Assembly: GCA_963514005.1 (NCBI GenBank)
Contig: OY740782.1
Coordinates: 1,860,001-1,924,000, forward strand
Length of the DNA: 64,000 nt
Reading direction: 5' to 3'
Source: Raja brachyura
Taxonomy: Eukaryota
Position 1 is the first letter of the stretch. Each line of letters starts with the position of its first letter. Under the pieces are notes generated by a model. That model was not told where the DNA came from. It saw nothing but the letters and a program-made list of their open reading frames with translations, and did not search any database. Shown here piece after piece: positions 11,345-23,344 of this stretch. A program made the translations under genes and the position numbers.

Positions 11345-13700
11345 GTCCCGTCCATGATCCCTACATCCCCGTGCAACAGTCCGTGTCCGTCCCTGATCCC
11401 TACATCCCCGTGCAACAGTCCGTCCCTGATCCCTACATCCCCGTGCAACGGTCCGTGTCCGTCCCTGATCCCTACATCCCCGTGCAACAGTCCGTGTCCG
11501 TCCCTGATCCCTACATCCCCGTGCAACGGTCCGTGTCCGTCCACGATCCCTACATCCCCGTGCAACGGTCTGTGTCCCTGGTCCATGATCCCTGCATCCC
11601 CGTGCAACGGTCCGTGTCCCGTCCATGATCCCTACACCCCGTGCAACGGTCCGTGTCCGTCCCTGATCCCTACATCCCCGTGCAACGGTCCGTGTCCGTC
11701 CCTGATCCCTACATCCCCGTGCAACGGTCCCTGTCCGTCCCTGATCCCTACATCCCCGTGCAACGGTCCGTGTCCGTCCATGATCCCTACATCCCCGTGC
11801 AACGGTCCGTGTCCGTCCATGATCCCTACATCCCCGTGCAACGGTCCGTGTCCCGTCCATGATCCCTACATCCCCGTGCAACGGTCCGTGTCCGTCCCTG
11901 ATCCCTACATCCCCGTGCAACGGTCCGTGTCCCGTCCACGATCCCTACATCCCCGTGCAACGGTCCGTGTCCGTCCCTGATCCCTACATCCCCGTGCAAC
12001 GGTCCGTGTCCGTCCCTGATCCCTACATCCCCGTGCAACGGTCCGTGTCCTGTCCATGATCCCTACATCCCCGTGCAACGGTCCGTGCCCCGTCCATGAT
12101 CCCTACATCCCCGTGCAACGGTCCGTGTCCGTCCCTGATCCCTACATCCCCGTGCAACGGTCCGTGTCCGTCCCTGATCCCTACATCCCCGTGCAACGGT
12201 CCGTGTCCCGTCCATGATCCCTACATCCCCGTGCAACGGTCCGTGTCCGTCCCTGATCCCTACATCCCCGTGCAACGGTCCGTGTCCGTCCCTGATCCCT
12301 ACATCCCCGTGCAACGGTCCGTGTCCGTCCCTGATCCCTACATCCCCGTGCAACGGTCCGTGTCCGTCCATGATCCCTACATCCCCGTGCAACGGTCCGT
12401 GTCCGTCCCTGATCCCTACATCCCCGTGCAACGGTCCGTGTCCCGTCCATGATCCCTACATCCCCGTGCAACGGTCCGTGTCCGTCCCTGATCCCTACAT
12501 CCCCGTGCAACGGTCCGTGTCCCGTCCACGATCCCTACATCCCCGTGCAACGGTCCGTGTCCCGTCCATGAGCCCTACATCCCCGTGCAACGGTCCGTGT
12601 CCGTCCCTGATCCCTACATCCCCGTGCAACGGTCCGTGTCCGTCCCTGATCCCTACATCCCCGTGCAACGGTCCGTGTCCCGTCCATGATCCCTACATCC
12701 CCGTGCAACGGTCCGTGTCCGTCCCTGATCCCTACATCCCCGTGCAACGGTCCGTGTCCGTCCCTGATCCCTACATCCCCGTGCAACGGTCCGTGTCCGT
12801 CCCTGATCCCTACATCCCCGTGCAACGGTCCGTGTCCCGTCCATGATCCCTACATCCCCGTGCAACGGTCCGTGTCCGTCCCTGATCCCTACATCCCCGT
12901 GCAACGGTCCGTGTCCGTCCCTGATCCCTACATACCCGTGCAACGGTCCGTGTCCGTCCCTGATCCCTACATCCCCGTGCAACGGTCCGTGTCCCGTCCA
13001 TGATCCCTACATCCCCGTGCAACGGTCCGTGCCCCGTCCATGATCCCTACATCCCCGTGCAACGGTCCGTGTCCGTCCCTGATCCCTACATCCCCGTGCA
13101 ACGGTCCGTGTCCGTCCCTGATCCCTACATCCCCGTGCAACGGTCCGTGTCCCGTCCATGATCCCTACATCCCCGTGCAACGGTCCGTGTCCGTCCCTGA
13201 TCCCTACATCCCCGTGCAACGGTCCGTGTCCGTCCCTGATCCCTACATCCCCGTGCAACGGTCCGTGTCCGTCCCTGATCCCTACATCCCCGTGCAACGG
13301 TCCGTGTCCGTCCATGATCCCTACATCCCCGTGCAACGGTCCGTGTCCGTCCCTGATCCCTACATCCCCGTGCAACGGTCCGTGTCCGTCCCTGATCCCT
13401 ACACCCCCGTGCTATAGTCCGTGCCCCGTCCCTGATCCCTACATCCCCGTACAACGGTCCGTGTCCCGTCCCTGATCCCTACATCCCCGTGCTGCAGTCC
13501 GTGTCCCGTCCATGATCCGTGGATCTCCGTGCAACGGTCCGTGTCCGTCCCTGATCCCTACACCCCCGTGCTATAGTCCGTGCCCCGTCCACGATCCCTA
13601 CATCCCCGTACAACGGTCCGTGTCCCGTCCCTGATCCCTACATCCCCGTGCTGCAGTCTGTGTCCCGTCCATGATCCGTGGATCTCCGTGCTATGGTCCG
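11345..13700. repeat. 39/40-bp CpG-rich minisatellite, about 60 units
   Basis: GATCCCTACATCCCCGTGCAACGGTCCGTGTCCGTCCCT. Confidence 0.96.
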
Positions 13701-13831
13701 TGTGCTCCTGGTCTTCGTAACCTCTTCAAATACACTGAACTGAAATGTCATCTGGTCCCAACCCGAAACACCGTCTATCCACTCCCTCCTTAGACGTTGC
13801 CTGAGCTGCTGGGACCTTTGTTGCTGCAGTT

Positions 13832-14052
13832 CACTCCCCTGTGACCCTCACTCCTGCCGGTCACTCCTGTGTGACCCTCACTCCTGCCGGTCACTCCTGT
13901 GTGACCCTCACTCCTGCCGGTCACTCCTGTGTGACCCTCACTCCTGCCGGTCACTCCTGTGTGACCCTCACTCCTGCCGGTCACTCCTGTGTGACCCTCA
14001 CTCCTGCCGGTCACTCCTGTGTGACCCTCACTCCTGCCGGTCACTCCTGTGT
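13832..14052. repeat. 30-bp minisatellite, 7 perfect units
   Basis: GTGACCCTCACTCCTGCCGGTCACTCCTGT. Confidence 0.95.
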
Positions 14053-14899
14053 TTTGCCACAGAGACCCTCGCTGCAGCCCGTTCATCAGAGAGCGTAGAT
14101 TGGCCACAGGCAGCGCCTGCCGCTCTGTCTATTGAGAGTGACGGGCATCGTGGAAGGATTAGACCCTGGGCCAGATCTTGAAGTCATGCACAGAACACAG
14201 AGGAAGCGCTGAGTAAAGCTGAGAGGTTAGCACCCTGCCACGGAGGATGTACCACGGGGAAAGGATTGCAGAGAGATGTGGCAGAGCAGACAGAAGCCAC
14301 CACTGACCACACAGTAACACCTCTCACTGGAGCCGCTGGCCTGGTAACCCATGCTGTTGACCAGGCCAGCATACTAAATCAGAAGCCCACCACCACACAC
14401 ACATGCAGGGCGGAGAGAGGAGAGGGCACGCATCCATCACCCTGCAGCTCAGGAGAACAGAGCAAACAGCCAGGGCCGCTGTAGGGAACGTGCCCAGACA
14501 CACAAGCAGGGCCTGGGGAGAGCGGGCCCAGGAACAGGGGAGCCACGGGGAGCAGGAGCCTATGCACTGTTGGCGCAGAAACTATGACTGGCTCTGGTCA
14601 CATCTGAACCTTCTCCACACTCCCGAAACCCTTCCTCAATTCCCACATCCCCCCTCAGGGAGGGAGGGAGGGCGGGAGTAGGAGAGGCCGAGGGTGGGAT
14701 GGAGAGTGTGGGACGGATAGGAGGATGTGAGAGAGAGTGTGGGCTCGCTTGGGTGGGCAAGAGGGGGAGGGGGCATGTGGGAGGGATAGAGTGGGAGGGA
14801 GAGTGTAGGCGGGAGGGTTTGGAGTAGGGAGGGTGTGGTGAGTGAGGTGATGAGTGAGGGACAGGGGCAGGAGCAATGAGACGGGGGAGGAGGGAGGGG

Positions 14900-15505
14900 G
14901 TAAAGGCGGAGGGGCCGGAGCGAGGTGGTGGGGAAGGTGTGCCGGGGGAGAGGGAGGGGGGGGAAGGACAGAGGGGCTGGAGTGAGGTGATGGGAGAGGG
15001 GGGAGTGGGGCCGGGGGAGAGGGAGGGGGCAAGGACAGATGGGCCGGAGTGAGGTGATGGGAGAGGGGGGAGTGGGGCAGGGGGAGGGGGGAAAGGACAG
15101 AGGGGCCGGAGTGAGGTGATGGGAGAGGGGGGAGTGGGGCCGGGGGAGGGGGGGGGGAAGGACAGAGGGGCCGGAGCGAGGTGATGGGAGAGGGGGGAGT
15201 GGGGCCGGGGGAGAGGGAGGGGGCAAGGACAGATGGGCCGGAGTGAGGTGATGGGAGAGGGGGGAGTGGGGCCGGGGTGGGGGGGGAAGGACAGAGGGGG
15301 CGGAGCGAGGTGGTGGGAGAGGGGGGAGTGGGGCCGGGGGAGAGGGAGGGGGGGGGCAAGGACAGATGGGCCGGAGTGAGGTGATGGGAGAGGGGGGAGT
15401 GGGGCCGGGGGAGGGGGAGGAAGGACAGGGGGGCTGTAGCGAGGTGATGGGAGAGGGGGGAGTGGGGCCGGGGGAGGGGGAGGGGGGGGAAGGACAGAGG
15501 GGCCG
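14900..15505. repeat. ~60-bp G-rich minisatellite
   Basis: AAGGACAGAGGGGCCGGAGTGAGGTGATGGGAGAGGGGGGAGTGGGGCCGGGGG; abuts donor. Confidence 0.9.
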
Positions 15506-15521
15506 ATGTGATGAGACTCAC

Positions 15522-15602
15522 CGAGATGACACAGTCACCCACACGCAGGATGCCGTCCCTGTGAGCACAGCCTCCCTCCGCTAACCGCGAGATGAAGATG
15601 GC
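15522..15602 (-). CDS. SCRIB: SCRIB exon (~20), PDZ2
   Basis: 81 nt, TTACAG|GCC...TCG|GTGAGT; AIFISRLAEGGCAHRDGILRVGDCVIS. Confidence 0.95.
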
Positions 15603-15659
15603 CTGTAACACACGTTACATGTGGCGTCACACACATGGCCCGAGTTGGAACATACAACA

Positions 15660-16740
15660 GCACAGAGCTGAGTTATTTACAGGCCCACAAACTACAGCCA
15701 GGATATAGGGTACAAGTTGGCATGTAAGAAAGGCAATGCTATGAAAGGTGATGGGAGATTTCAATACACAGGTGGGCTGGGAAAATCAGGTTGATACTGG
15801 CCCGCAAGAAAGGGAGTTGGTAGAGTGCCTCCGAGGTGGATTCTTAGATCAGCTTGTAGTGAAGCGCACCAGAGAAAAGGCAATTCTGGATTTAGAGTTC
15901 TGTAATGTGCCCAATTTGATAAAGGAACCATTAGGGGGTAACGACCACAACATGATAAGTTTTAGTCTGCAAGTTGAGAGGGAGAAGATGAAATTGGATG
16001 TGTCGGTATTGCAGCTAAGCAAACGGGACTATTTAGGCATGAGGGAGGAGCCGGCCAAAGGGATGACGGTGCAACAGTGATGGTAGGGATTTCTTGGAAT
16101 AATCTGGAAGATGCAGGATCTTTTAATTCCAAAGAAGAGAGATTCTTGGAGGAGAAAGAGGTGACAAGGGAAGTCAAGAACAGTATAAAAAACTGAAGGT
16201 GAAGGCATATAACATTGCAAAGATAAGTAAGAAGTCAGAGGATTGGGAAGCTTTTAAAGAGCAACAGAAGGTAACTTAAAGGGCAATACGGGGAGAATAG
16301 ATGAAATACGAAGGTAAGCTAGATTTAAAAATAAAATCTTCCGTTATATAAAGAGTAAGAAAGAGGCAAGTGTGGACATTGGACCGCTGGAGAATGATGC
16401 AGGAGAAGTGATAATGGGGAATAAAGAAATGGCAGAGGAGTTGAATAACTTTTTTGCATCAGTCTTCACAGTGGAAGACACCAGCAACGTGCCTGGAATT
16501 CACGAGTCAGGGGGTGGAAGTTAGTGGAGTGGTTATTACTAGGGAGAAGGTGCTTATAAGTCACCTGGACCGGATGGACTGTACCCTAGGGTTCTGAAAG
16601 ACGTGGTATTAGAGATTGTGGAGGCATTGATAGTGATATTTCAGAAGAGGTCCCAGATGATTGGAAAATAGCCAATATTACCCCTGCACAAGAAGGGTGC
16701 AAAGCAGAATAATGGGAACTATAGGCCAGTTAGTCCGTGT
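15660..16740 (+). mobile_element. CR1 LINE ORF2 N-terminal part (APE endonuclease to RT start), degenerate
   Basis: MGDFN..W, FLDQLV..TREKAILDL, NDHNMISF, SPGPDG, GNYRPVS motifs. Confidence 0.85.
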
Positions 16741-16742
16741 AG

Positions 16743-18387
16743 AAATTACAGCTGTGTTTATACATAGTCCCCCCATTTCAGGGCACCATAATGTTTGGGA
16801 CACATGGCTTCACTGGTGTTTGTAATTGCTCAGGTGTGTTTAAATGCCTCTTTAATGCGGGTATAAGAGAGCTCTCAGCCCCTAGTCTTTCCAGTCTTTC
16901 CATCACCATTGGAAACTTTTATTGCTGTTTATCAACATGAGGACCAATTGTGCCAATGAAAGTCAAAGAAGCCATTATGAGATTGAGAAACAAGAATAAA
17001 ACTGTTAGAGACATCAGCCAAACCCTAGGCTTACCAAAATCAACTGTTCGGAACATCATTAAGAAGAAAGAGAGCACTGATGAGCTTACTAATCGCAAAG
17101 GGACTGGCAGGCCTGGGAAGACCTCCACAGCTGATGACAGAAGAATTCTCTATATAATAAAGAAAAATCCCCAAACACTCTGTCCGACAGATCAGAAACG
17201 CTCTTCAGGTGTGGATTTGTCAATGACCACTGTCCGCAGAAGACTTCATAAACAGAAATACAAAGGCTGCACTGCAAGATGCAAACCACTGGTTAGCCGT
17301 ATAAATAGGATGGCCTAGTTAAGGGGCTGTCCCACTACGGTAACCTAGTCTGCGAGTTTAGAATAGTTTGCCCTGGACTCAAACTCGCAGCATGGTCGAC
17401 ACGTGATCCTAGGAGGTCCTATGAGGTCAATGGAACTCTCCTTCATGCTCGAGGGAAGTTCCCGCATACTTGCGGCCTCAGCTAGGTCGCGGAATATTTT
17501 TGGTCGGCATGGTTCTTTTTAAAATGTTAGTGCAGTGGAGTGGGGTCACTATTTAGTCACAGGCAGTCGAGGGCAGCCTTAGGCAATCTCCTTCGCTGAC
17601 CGGGCATGTTTGGAGCTCATTGCAGTTTTCAGGACCAAGGAAAACCAACCGGTAGGTTAAATGCCCTCCACACGTTATTAAACGATGTCTGACTTCTTAA
17701 AAGTGTCTCCACTCCTTCTCCTCCCCTTCCTTCTCTCTCCCCATCTCCCCCCTTCTCGCTCTCTAAAGGATTTACTGTACACTGTACAGCCGTCTTTTAC
17801 CTTCCTCTTCATTGCGGGTGTGAATTTCCGACAGCGCTCCCCCGCTTTCCCTGGCCCCCGCCTTTGCCATGTGTGTGTGCGCGGTCGGTCGATCCAGCTC
17901 ACGGTTTCATCACTGACAGTCGATCCAGCTCGAGGTTTTCCAGGCGAGTGCCCTGGAGCTTGAAGGTCGAAGGCACTGTTCTGAACTCGCGGATTAGGTC
18001 GCCGCAGTGGGACAAACAGCCCCTTTACAGTTTGCCAAGAAGTACTTAAAAGAGCAACCACAGTTCTGGAAAAATGTTGTGTGGACGTCAAGCAGTCATT
18101 GCATGCAAAGGATATGCAACAAAATACTAAACATGACTACTTTCATTTACATGACATTGCTGTGTCCCAAACATTATGGTGCCCTGAAATTGGGGGGACT
18201 ATGTATAAACACAGCTGTAATTTCAACATGGTGAAACCAAAATGTGTAAAAATGGCCTTCATTAAAATCTGACTATGTGCACTTTAACCACATGTGATTT
18301 TTTTCTATTACAGATCTCAAATTGTGGAGTACCGAGGCAAATAAATAAATGATGGGTCTTTGTCTCAAACATTATGGAGGGCACTAC
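16743..18387 (+). mobile_element. Tc1-family DNA transposon, internally deleted, IR/DR-type ends
   Basis: HTH transposase N-terminus (16950-17318, GRP AT-hook); 16743-16803 is the reverse complement of 18161-18223; two CAAACATTATGG direct repeats in the right end. Confidence 0.9.
17322..18024. mobile_element. PIF/Harbinger-like MITE nested in the Tc1
   Basis: ~50-bp imperfect TIRs (AGGGGCTGTCCCACT...), TTA TSD at 17319-17321 and 18025-18027. Confidence 0.85.
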
Positions 18388-18389
18388 AT

Positions 18390-18810
18390 GTTGAGTCGGC
18401 ACTGGGCCTGTACTCGCTGGAGTTTAGAAGAATGAGGGGGGACCTCATTGAAACATACAGAATAGTGAAAGGCTTGGATACAGTGGATGTGGAGAGGATG
18501 TTTCCACTTGTGGGAGAGTCTAGGACTAGAGATCATAGCCTTAGAATTAAAGGACATACTTTTAGGAAGGTGAGGGGGAATTTATTTTGTCATAAGGTGT
18601 TGAATCTGTGGAATTCTTTGCCGCAGAAGGCTGTAGAGGCTGTCAGTGGATATTTTTAAGACAGAGATAGATTTTTAATTTGTACGGGTGTTAGAGGTTA
18701 TGGGGAGAAGGCAGAAGAATGGGGGTTGGAAGGAGAAATAATCACCCATGATTGAATGGCACGGTAGATTTGATGGGCCGAATGGCCTAATTCTACTCCT
18801 ATCACTTATG
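18390..18810 (+). mobile_element. CR1 3' end
   Basis: LGLYSLEFRRMRGDLIETY...LWNSLPQKAVEA plus 3' UTR. Confidence 0.85.
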
Positions 18811-19383
18811 AGCTCAAGGACAGGCCCTTCAGCCCACAGTGTCTGTGCTGGCTGAACAACCCTATTACTTCTCGGCCTGGGCATAATCCATATCCCTCCA
18901 GATCCATGTGCCAATGTAAAACTCTGTTAAACTCCATATCTGTATCTACCTCCGCCATCACCCCTGGCAGTGTGTCCCTGGCACCCACCACCCTCTCTTG
19001 TCCATTTTAAACCTTGTCCCTCTCACCTTATCGCTGTGCCCTCCAATATTTGATATTTACATACGATGATATAGGTTCTGACCAAACTAAAATCCTAGGA
19101 ACTACATCATGACTTACTGACTCTTGTACTCAATGCCCTGACCGAAGAAAGCAACTCTGCTTTCTTTACCTCTCTATCTACAAATAGTTGTCAAATATTG
19201 CCCCAATATCTTGATCAGTTGAGCAGGTGGGCTGAGGAATGCTTGATGGAATTTGATGCAGAGTCATGTGAGGTGTGTAGGAACTATGAAGTGAATGGTT
19301 GGGCTCTGGGGAGTGTTGTGGAGCAGAGGGATCTAGAAGTGCAGCTCCTTCAGACCCCTCGCCCCAGTCTCCCTTGCACTCAC

Positions 19384-19683
19384 CGTCTCCCCGGTGCGGT
19401 AGGGTGTAGACCCCTTGCCCCCGGCGATGCTGAAGCCCAGCCCGCGGTCGTCTCGGGCCAGCGAGGTGCAGAGCAGCTCCTTGGTGCCGGTGTCACCGCG
19501 CCGGCCGGACCGCCGCTCCCGCGGGGCGTAGTCGTCCTCGGGCCGCAGCGGGGTGACCGTCACCGCGTTCTCCGGCTCCACCATCCTCTCCCGCAGCACC
19601 GCCATGGTCACCACTCCCCCTGAACTCCGCAACGCCTCCACCGCCCGCTGGTGCTCCGCGTCCTGCAGCCCCACACCGTTCAC
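19384..19683 (-). CDS. SCRIB: SCRIB exon (~19), PDZ1 end / PDZ2 start
   Basis: 300 nt, CCACAG|GTG...ACG|GTGAGT; VNGVGLQDAEH...RERMVEPENAVTVTPLRPEDDY...GLGFSIAGGKGSTPYRTGET. Confidence 0.96.
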
Positions 19684-19704
19684 CTGTGGGAGGGAGAAGT
19701 GTCA

Positions 19705-20020
19705 GTGGGAGGACCAGGCGGGAGGACTAGACCGGACTGTGAGAGGACCAGGCCACAGGGCTAGACCAGACTGTGAGAGGACCAGGCGGGAGGACTAGTC
19801 CGGACTGTGGGAGGACCAGGCCACAGGGCTAGACCGGACTGTGAGAGGACCAGGCGGGAGGACTAGGCCGGACTGTGGGAGGACCAGGCGGGAGGACTAG
19901 ACCGGACTGTGGGAGGACCAGACGGGAGGACTAGACCGGACTGTGGGAGGACCAGGTCACAGGACTAGACCGGACTGTGGGAGGACCAGGCGTGGAAGAT
20001 TAGACCGGACTGTGGGAGGG
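19705..20020. repeat. 32-bp minisatellite
   Basis: GGGAGGACCAGGCGGGAGGACTAGACCGGACTGT-type units. Confidence 0.9.
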
Positions 20021-20194
20021 TGGGGAAGAGTGTGTCAATGGGAGGACCAGGCTGGAGCATGGGAGGAGCAGGTGAGAGGACCACAGCCCCTGCTGCCTGA
20101 ATGATCCATTGGCTATTGTGGACAAAGCACAGAAAAGGGATCTTTGGCCCAACTCACCCTTGCTGACCAAGATGCCCCATCTAAGCTAGTCCTC

Positions 20195-20595
20195 TCCGCA
20201 CTGGCCAGCTGTGACTCTCCCCCCCACTGGCCAGCAGTGACTCTCCCCCCCTTTGGTCAGTTGTGACTCTTCCCCCCCCCCCCCCCCCCCCCTCTGGCCA
20301 GCTGTGACTCCCCTCTGCACCGGCCAGCTGTGATCCCCCTCTGGCCAGCTGTGACCTCCTCTCTACACTGGCCAGCTGTGACCCCCTCTCTACACTGGCC
20401 ATCTGTAGCCCCCCTCTCTACACTGGCCATCTGTAGCCCGCCTCTCTACACTGGCCATCTGTAGCCCCCCTCTCTACACTGGCCATCTGTAGCCCCCCTC
20501 TCTACACTGGCCATCTGTAGCCCCCCCTCTCTACACTGGCCAGCTGTGACCCCCTCTGTACACTGGCCATCTGTAGCCCCCCTCTGTCCACACTG
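20195..20595. repeat. ~27-30-bp minisatellite
   Basis: CTCTCTACACTGGCCATCTGTAGCCCCC. Confidence 0.88.
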
Positions 20596-20617
20596 ACAGA
20601 GCAGGGAGCGGACTCAC

Positions 20618-20695
20618 CTCCAGCAGTTTGTCCCCCACTCTCACACCAGCTTGAGCTGCGGGGCCCTCCTCCGACACGCGGGAGATGAAGATTCC
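20618..20695 (-). CDS. SCRIB: SCRIB exon (~18), PDZ1
   Basis: 78 nt, TTCCAG|GGA...GAG|GTGAGT; GIFISRVSEEGPAAQAGVRVGDKLLE. Confidence 0.96.
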
Positions 20696-21011
20696 CTGGA
20701 ACACACAGAGACAGAGATGAACAATATCCAGGGCCCTGATGGAGAGCAGCCTGGCTGCATGACATCCCCATCCACACAGGCCACGCACAGGTGGGCACTC
20801 TTACCCATCACCCCTACACCAGAGCCGGCACCAGGGCTGGCAGAGGGGCAGAGGGAGTGATGGGAGGAGGAAGAGAGGTGAGCAGGGGGTGGAAGGGAGG
20901 CAATGGCAGAAGTTCGAGAGTTGCAGATGAGGGAGGGAGCAGGAGAGGAGGAAGAAGGAGAGGAGGAGAGGAGGAGAGGAAGGAGAGGAGGATGGATGGG
21001 AGGAGGGAGGA

Positions 21012-21236
21012 NNNNNNNNNNNNNNNNNNNNNNNNNNNNNNNNNNNNNNNNNNNNNNNNNNNNNNNNNNNNNNNNNNNNNNNNNNNNNNNNNNNNNNNNN
21101 NNNNNNNNNNNNNNNNNNNNNNNNNNNNNNNNNNNNNNNNNNNNNNNNNNNNNNNNNNNNNNNNNNNNNNNNNNNNNNNNNNNNNNNNNNNNNNNNNNNN
21201 NNNNNNNNNNNNNNNNNNNNNNNNNNNNNNNNNNNN
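21012..21236. other. Assembly gap (225 N)
   Basis: N run flanked by GGA-rich sequence. Confidence 1.
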
Positions 21237-21309
21237 GGAGGGGAGAAGGGGGCAGGAGGTAGTGGAAGGGTGAGCTGTGGGAGATGGGAGGAGGGGTGAG
21301 GGGGAAATT

Positions 21310-22200
21310 CAGAAATCAGAGGTGCAGAGTGACTTGTGATTGCTGGTGCAGGATTACCAAAAGGTTGAATTGGCAGTTAGGAAGGCAAATGCAATGTTGG
21401 CAGTTATTTTGAGAGAACTAGAATATAAAAACAAGGGTGTAATGCTGAAGTTTTATAAAGCACTGGTCAGACCACATGTGGAATATTGTGAGCAATTTTG
21501 GGCACCATATCTGAGGAAGGATGTGCTGGCTCCAGAGGAGGTTTACAAGAATGATCCCAGCAATGAGTGGGTTAACATATGATGAGTGTTTGTCAGCACA
21601 GAGCCTGCACTCACTGGAGTTTAGAAGAATGAGTGGGGACCTCTTTGAAACTTACTGAATAGTGAAAGGCTTGGGCAGAGTGAATGTGGAGAGGATGTTT
21701 CCACTAGTGGGAGAGTCTAGATCCGGAGGGCACAGCCTTAGATTATCAGGAGCAGAGGAGGAATTTATTTAGTCAGAGGGTGGCGTCTATGTGGAATTCA
21801 TTACCACAGATGGCGATGAAGGCCAAATCATTAGGTATTTCGAGGTGGAGATTGACACATTCTTGATTAGTAAGGGTGTCATGGGTGAGGGTGAGACCAT
21901 AAATTCTAGGAGCATAGAAATATAGAAAATATGTGCAGGAGTAGGCAATTCTACCCCTCGACCATTCAATATGATCATGGCTGATCATCCATAATCAGTA
22001 CCCTGTTCCTGCTTTCTCCCTATATCCTTTGATTCGGTTAGAGTCTGCGGAGCAGAATAAGGCCATTCAGCCCATCAGATCTCCTCCGCCATTCAATCAT
22101 CGCTGATGGCAGGAGAATGGGGTCAAGAGGGAAAGATAGATTAGCCATGATTGAATGGCAGAGTAGACTCGATGGCCTAATTCTGCTCCTATAACCTATG
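21310..22200 (+). mobile_element. CR1 3' fragment(s)
   Basis: AVRKANAMLA..LVRPHVEYCEQFWAPYLRKD; several 3' UTR pieces in both orientations. Confidence 0.8.
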
Positions 22201-22679
22201 AAGGGAGCAAAGGCCTGGGAACATAGGAGACACGAGGAACAGCAGACACTGGAATCTAGCATTAAACACAAAGCACTGGAGGAATGCCGTGGGTCAGGCA
22301 GCATCAGCGGGGAGAATATACCGACCACCATTGGACCCTTCTTCACAGAGACTAGTAGAGGGGAAAACCTGGGAGTGGGACAAAGCTGGGCAGGTGACAG
22401 GTTGATACAGGTGATGGGGACATGGTAGTAGAGAAGAGTGGAGAGGGAGAAGGGGCACAGTAGGGTGGAGGAGAGGGGAGGAGGGAAGGAGGTGAGTTAT
22501 AGGCAAAGGGTGAGGTGAGGGTGATTGATTGGGGATGATCAGCCATGATCACATTGAATGGCGGTGCTGGCTCGAAGGGCCGAATGGCCTACTCCTGCAC
22601 CTATTGTCTATTGTGAGGGGAGAGGCGAGGGTGAGGGCAGGGTAAGGGAGAGGGGTGAGGTGGATGTGAGGGAGATGGT

Positions 22680-23190
22680 GGGGTGAGTGAAGGTTGGGTG
22701 AGGGTGGGGTGTGGGTGGGGTGTGGAGTGGGTGGGGTGGGGTGAGGGTGGGGTGGGTGCGGTGTGGAGTGGGTTGGGTGTGGAATGGGTGGGGTCTGGCG
22801 TGCGTGGGGTGAGGGTGGGGTGGAGTGTGGGTGGGGTGTGGGTGGGGTGGGGCGGGGCGTGGCATGGGTGGGGTGGTGGGTGGGGTGGGGCGGGGCCTTT
22901 GTGGGGTGGGGCGTGGTGGGGTGGGGCATGGGTGGGGTGGGGTGAGGGTGGGTGGGGTGGGGTGTGGGTGGGGTGGGGTGGGGCGTGGGTGGGGTGGGGT
23001 GTGGGTGGGGTGGGGTGAGGGTGGGGTGGGGTGGGGTGTGGGTGGGGTGGGGCGTGGGTGGGGTGTGGGGCGTGGGTGGGGTGGGATGGGGCGTGGGTGG
23101 GGCGTGGGTGGGGTGGGGTGAGGGTGGGGTGGGGCATGGGTGGGGTGGGGTGTGGCGTGGGTGATGGTTGGGTGAGGGTGGGGTGTGAGC
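22680..23190. repeat. (GGGGT)n-like G-rich low-complexity tract
   Basis: abuts donor at 23194; G-quadruplex potential on + strand. Confidence 0.9.
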
Positions 23191-23194
23191 TCAC

Positions 23195-23284
23195 CTCGTC
23201 CTCACCCTTGTAGGGTGTTGAACCTTTGCCGCCGGCGATGCTGATCCCCAGGCCCCCTGTTTTGCGGTGGATGGTCAGCGTCAG
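23195..23284 (-). CDS. SCRIB: SCRIB exon (~17), PDZ1 start
   Basis: 90 nt, CTGTAG|CTG...GAG|GTGAGC; LTLTIHRKTGGLGISIAGGKGSTPYKGEDE. Confidence 0.96.
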
Positions 23285-23344
23285 CTACAGGAAACACAGT
23301 GGGTTAGCAGCAGCTCCCCACCCACCGCACACACCAGGGTACAG

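Noticed and set aside
11111-13475. Regular array resembling CRISPR or a repeat protein
   Set aside because: No unique spacers and no cas genes; it is a vertebrate minisatellite.
21012-21236. Exon hidden in the N gap
   Set aside because: The flanking exons join seamlessly within PDZ1 (GEDE|GIFIS).
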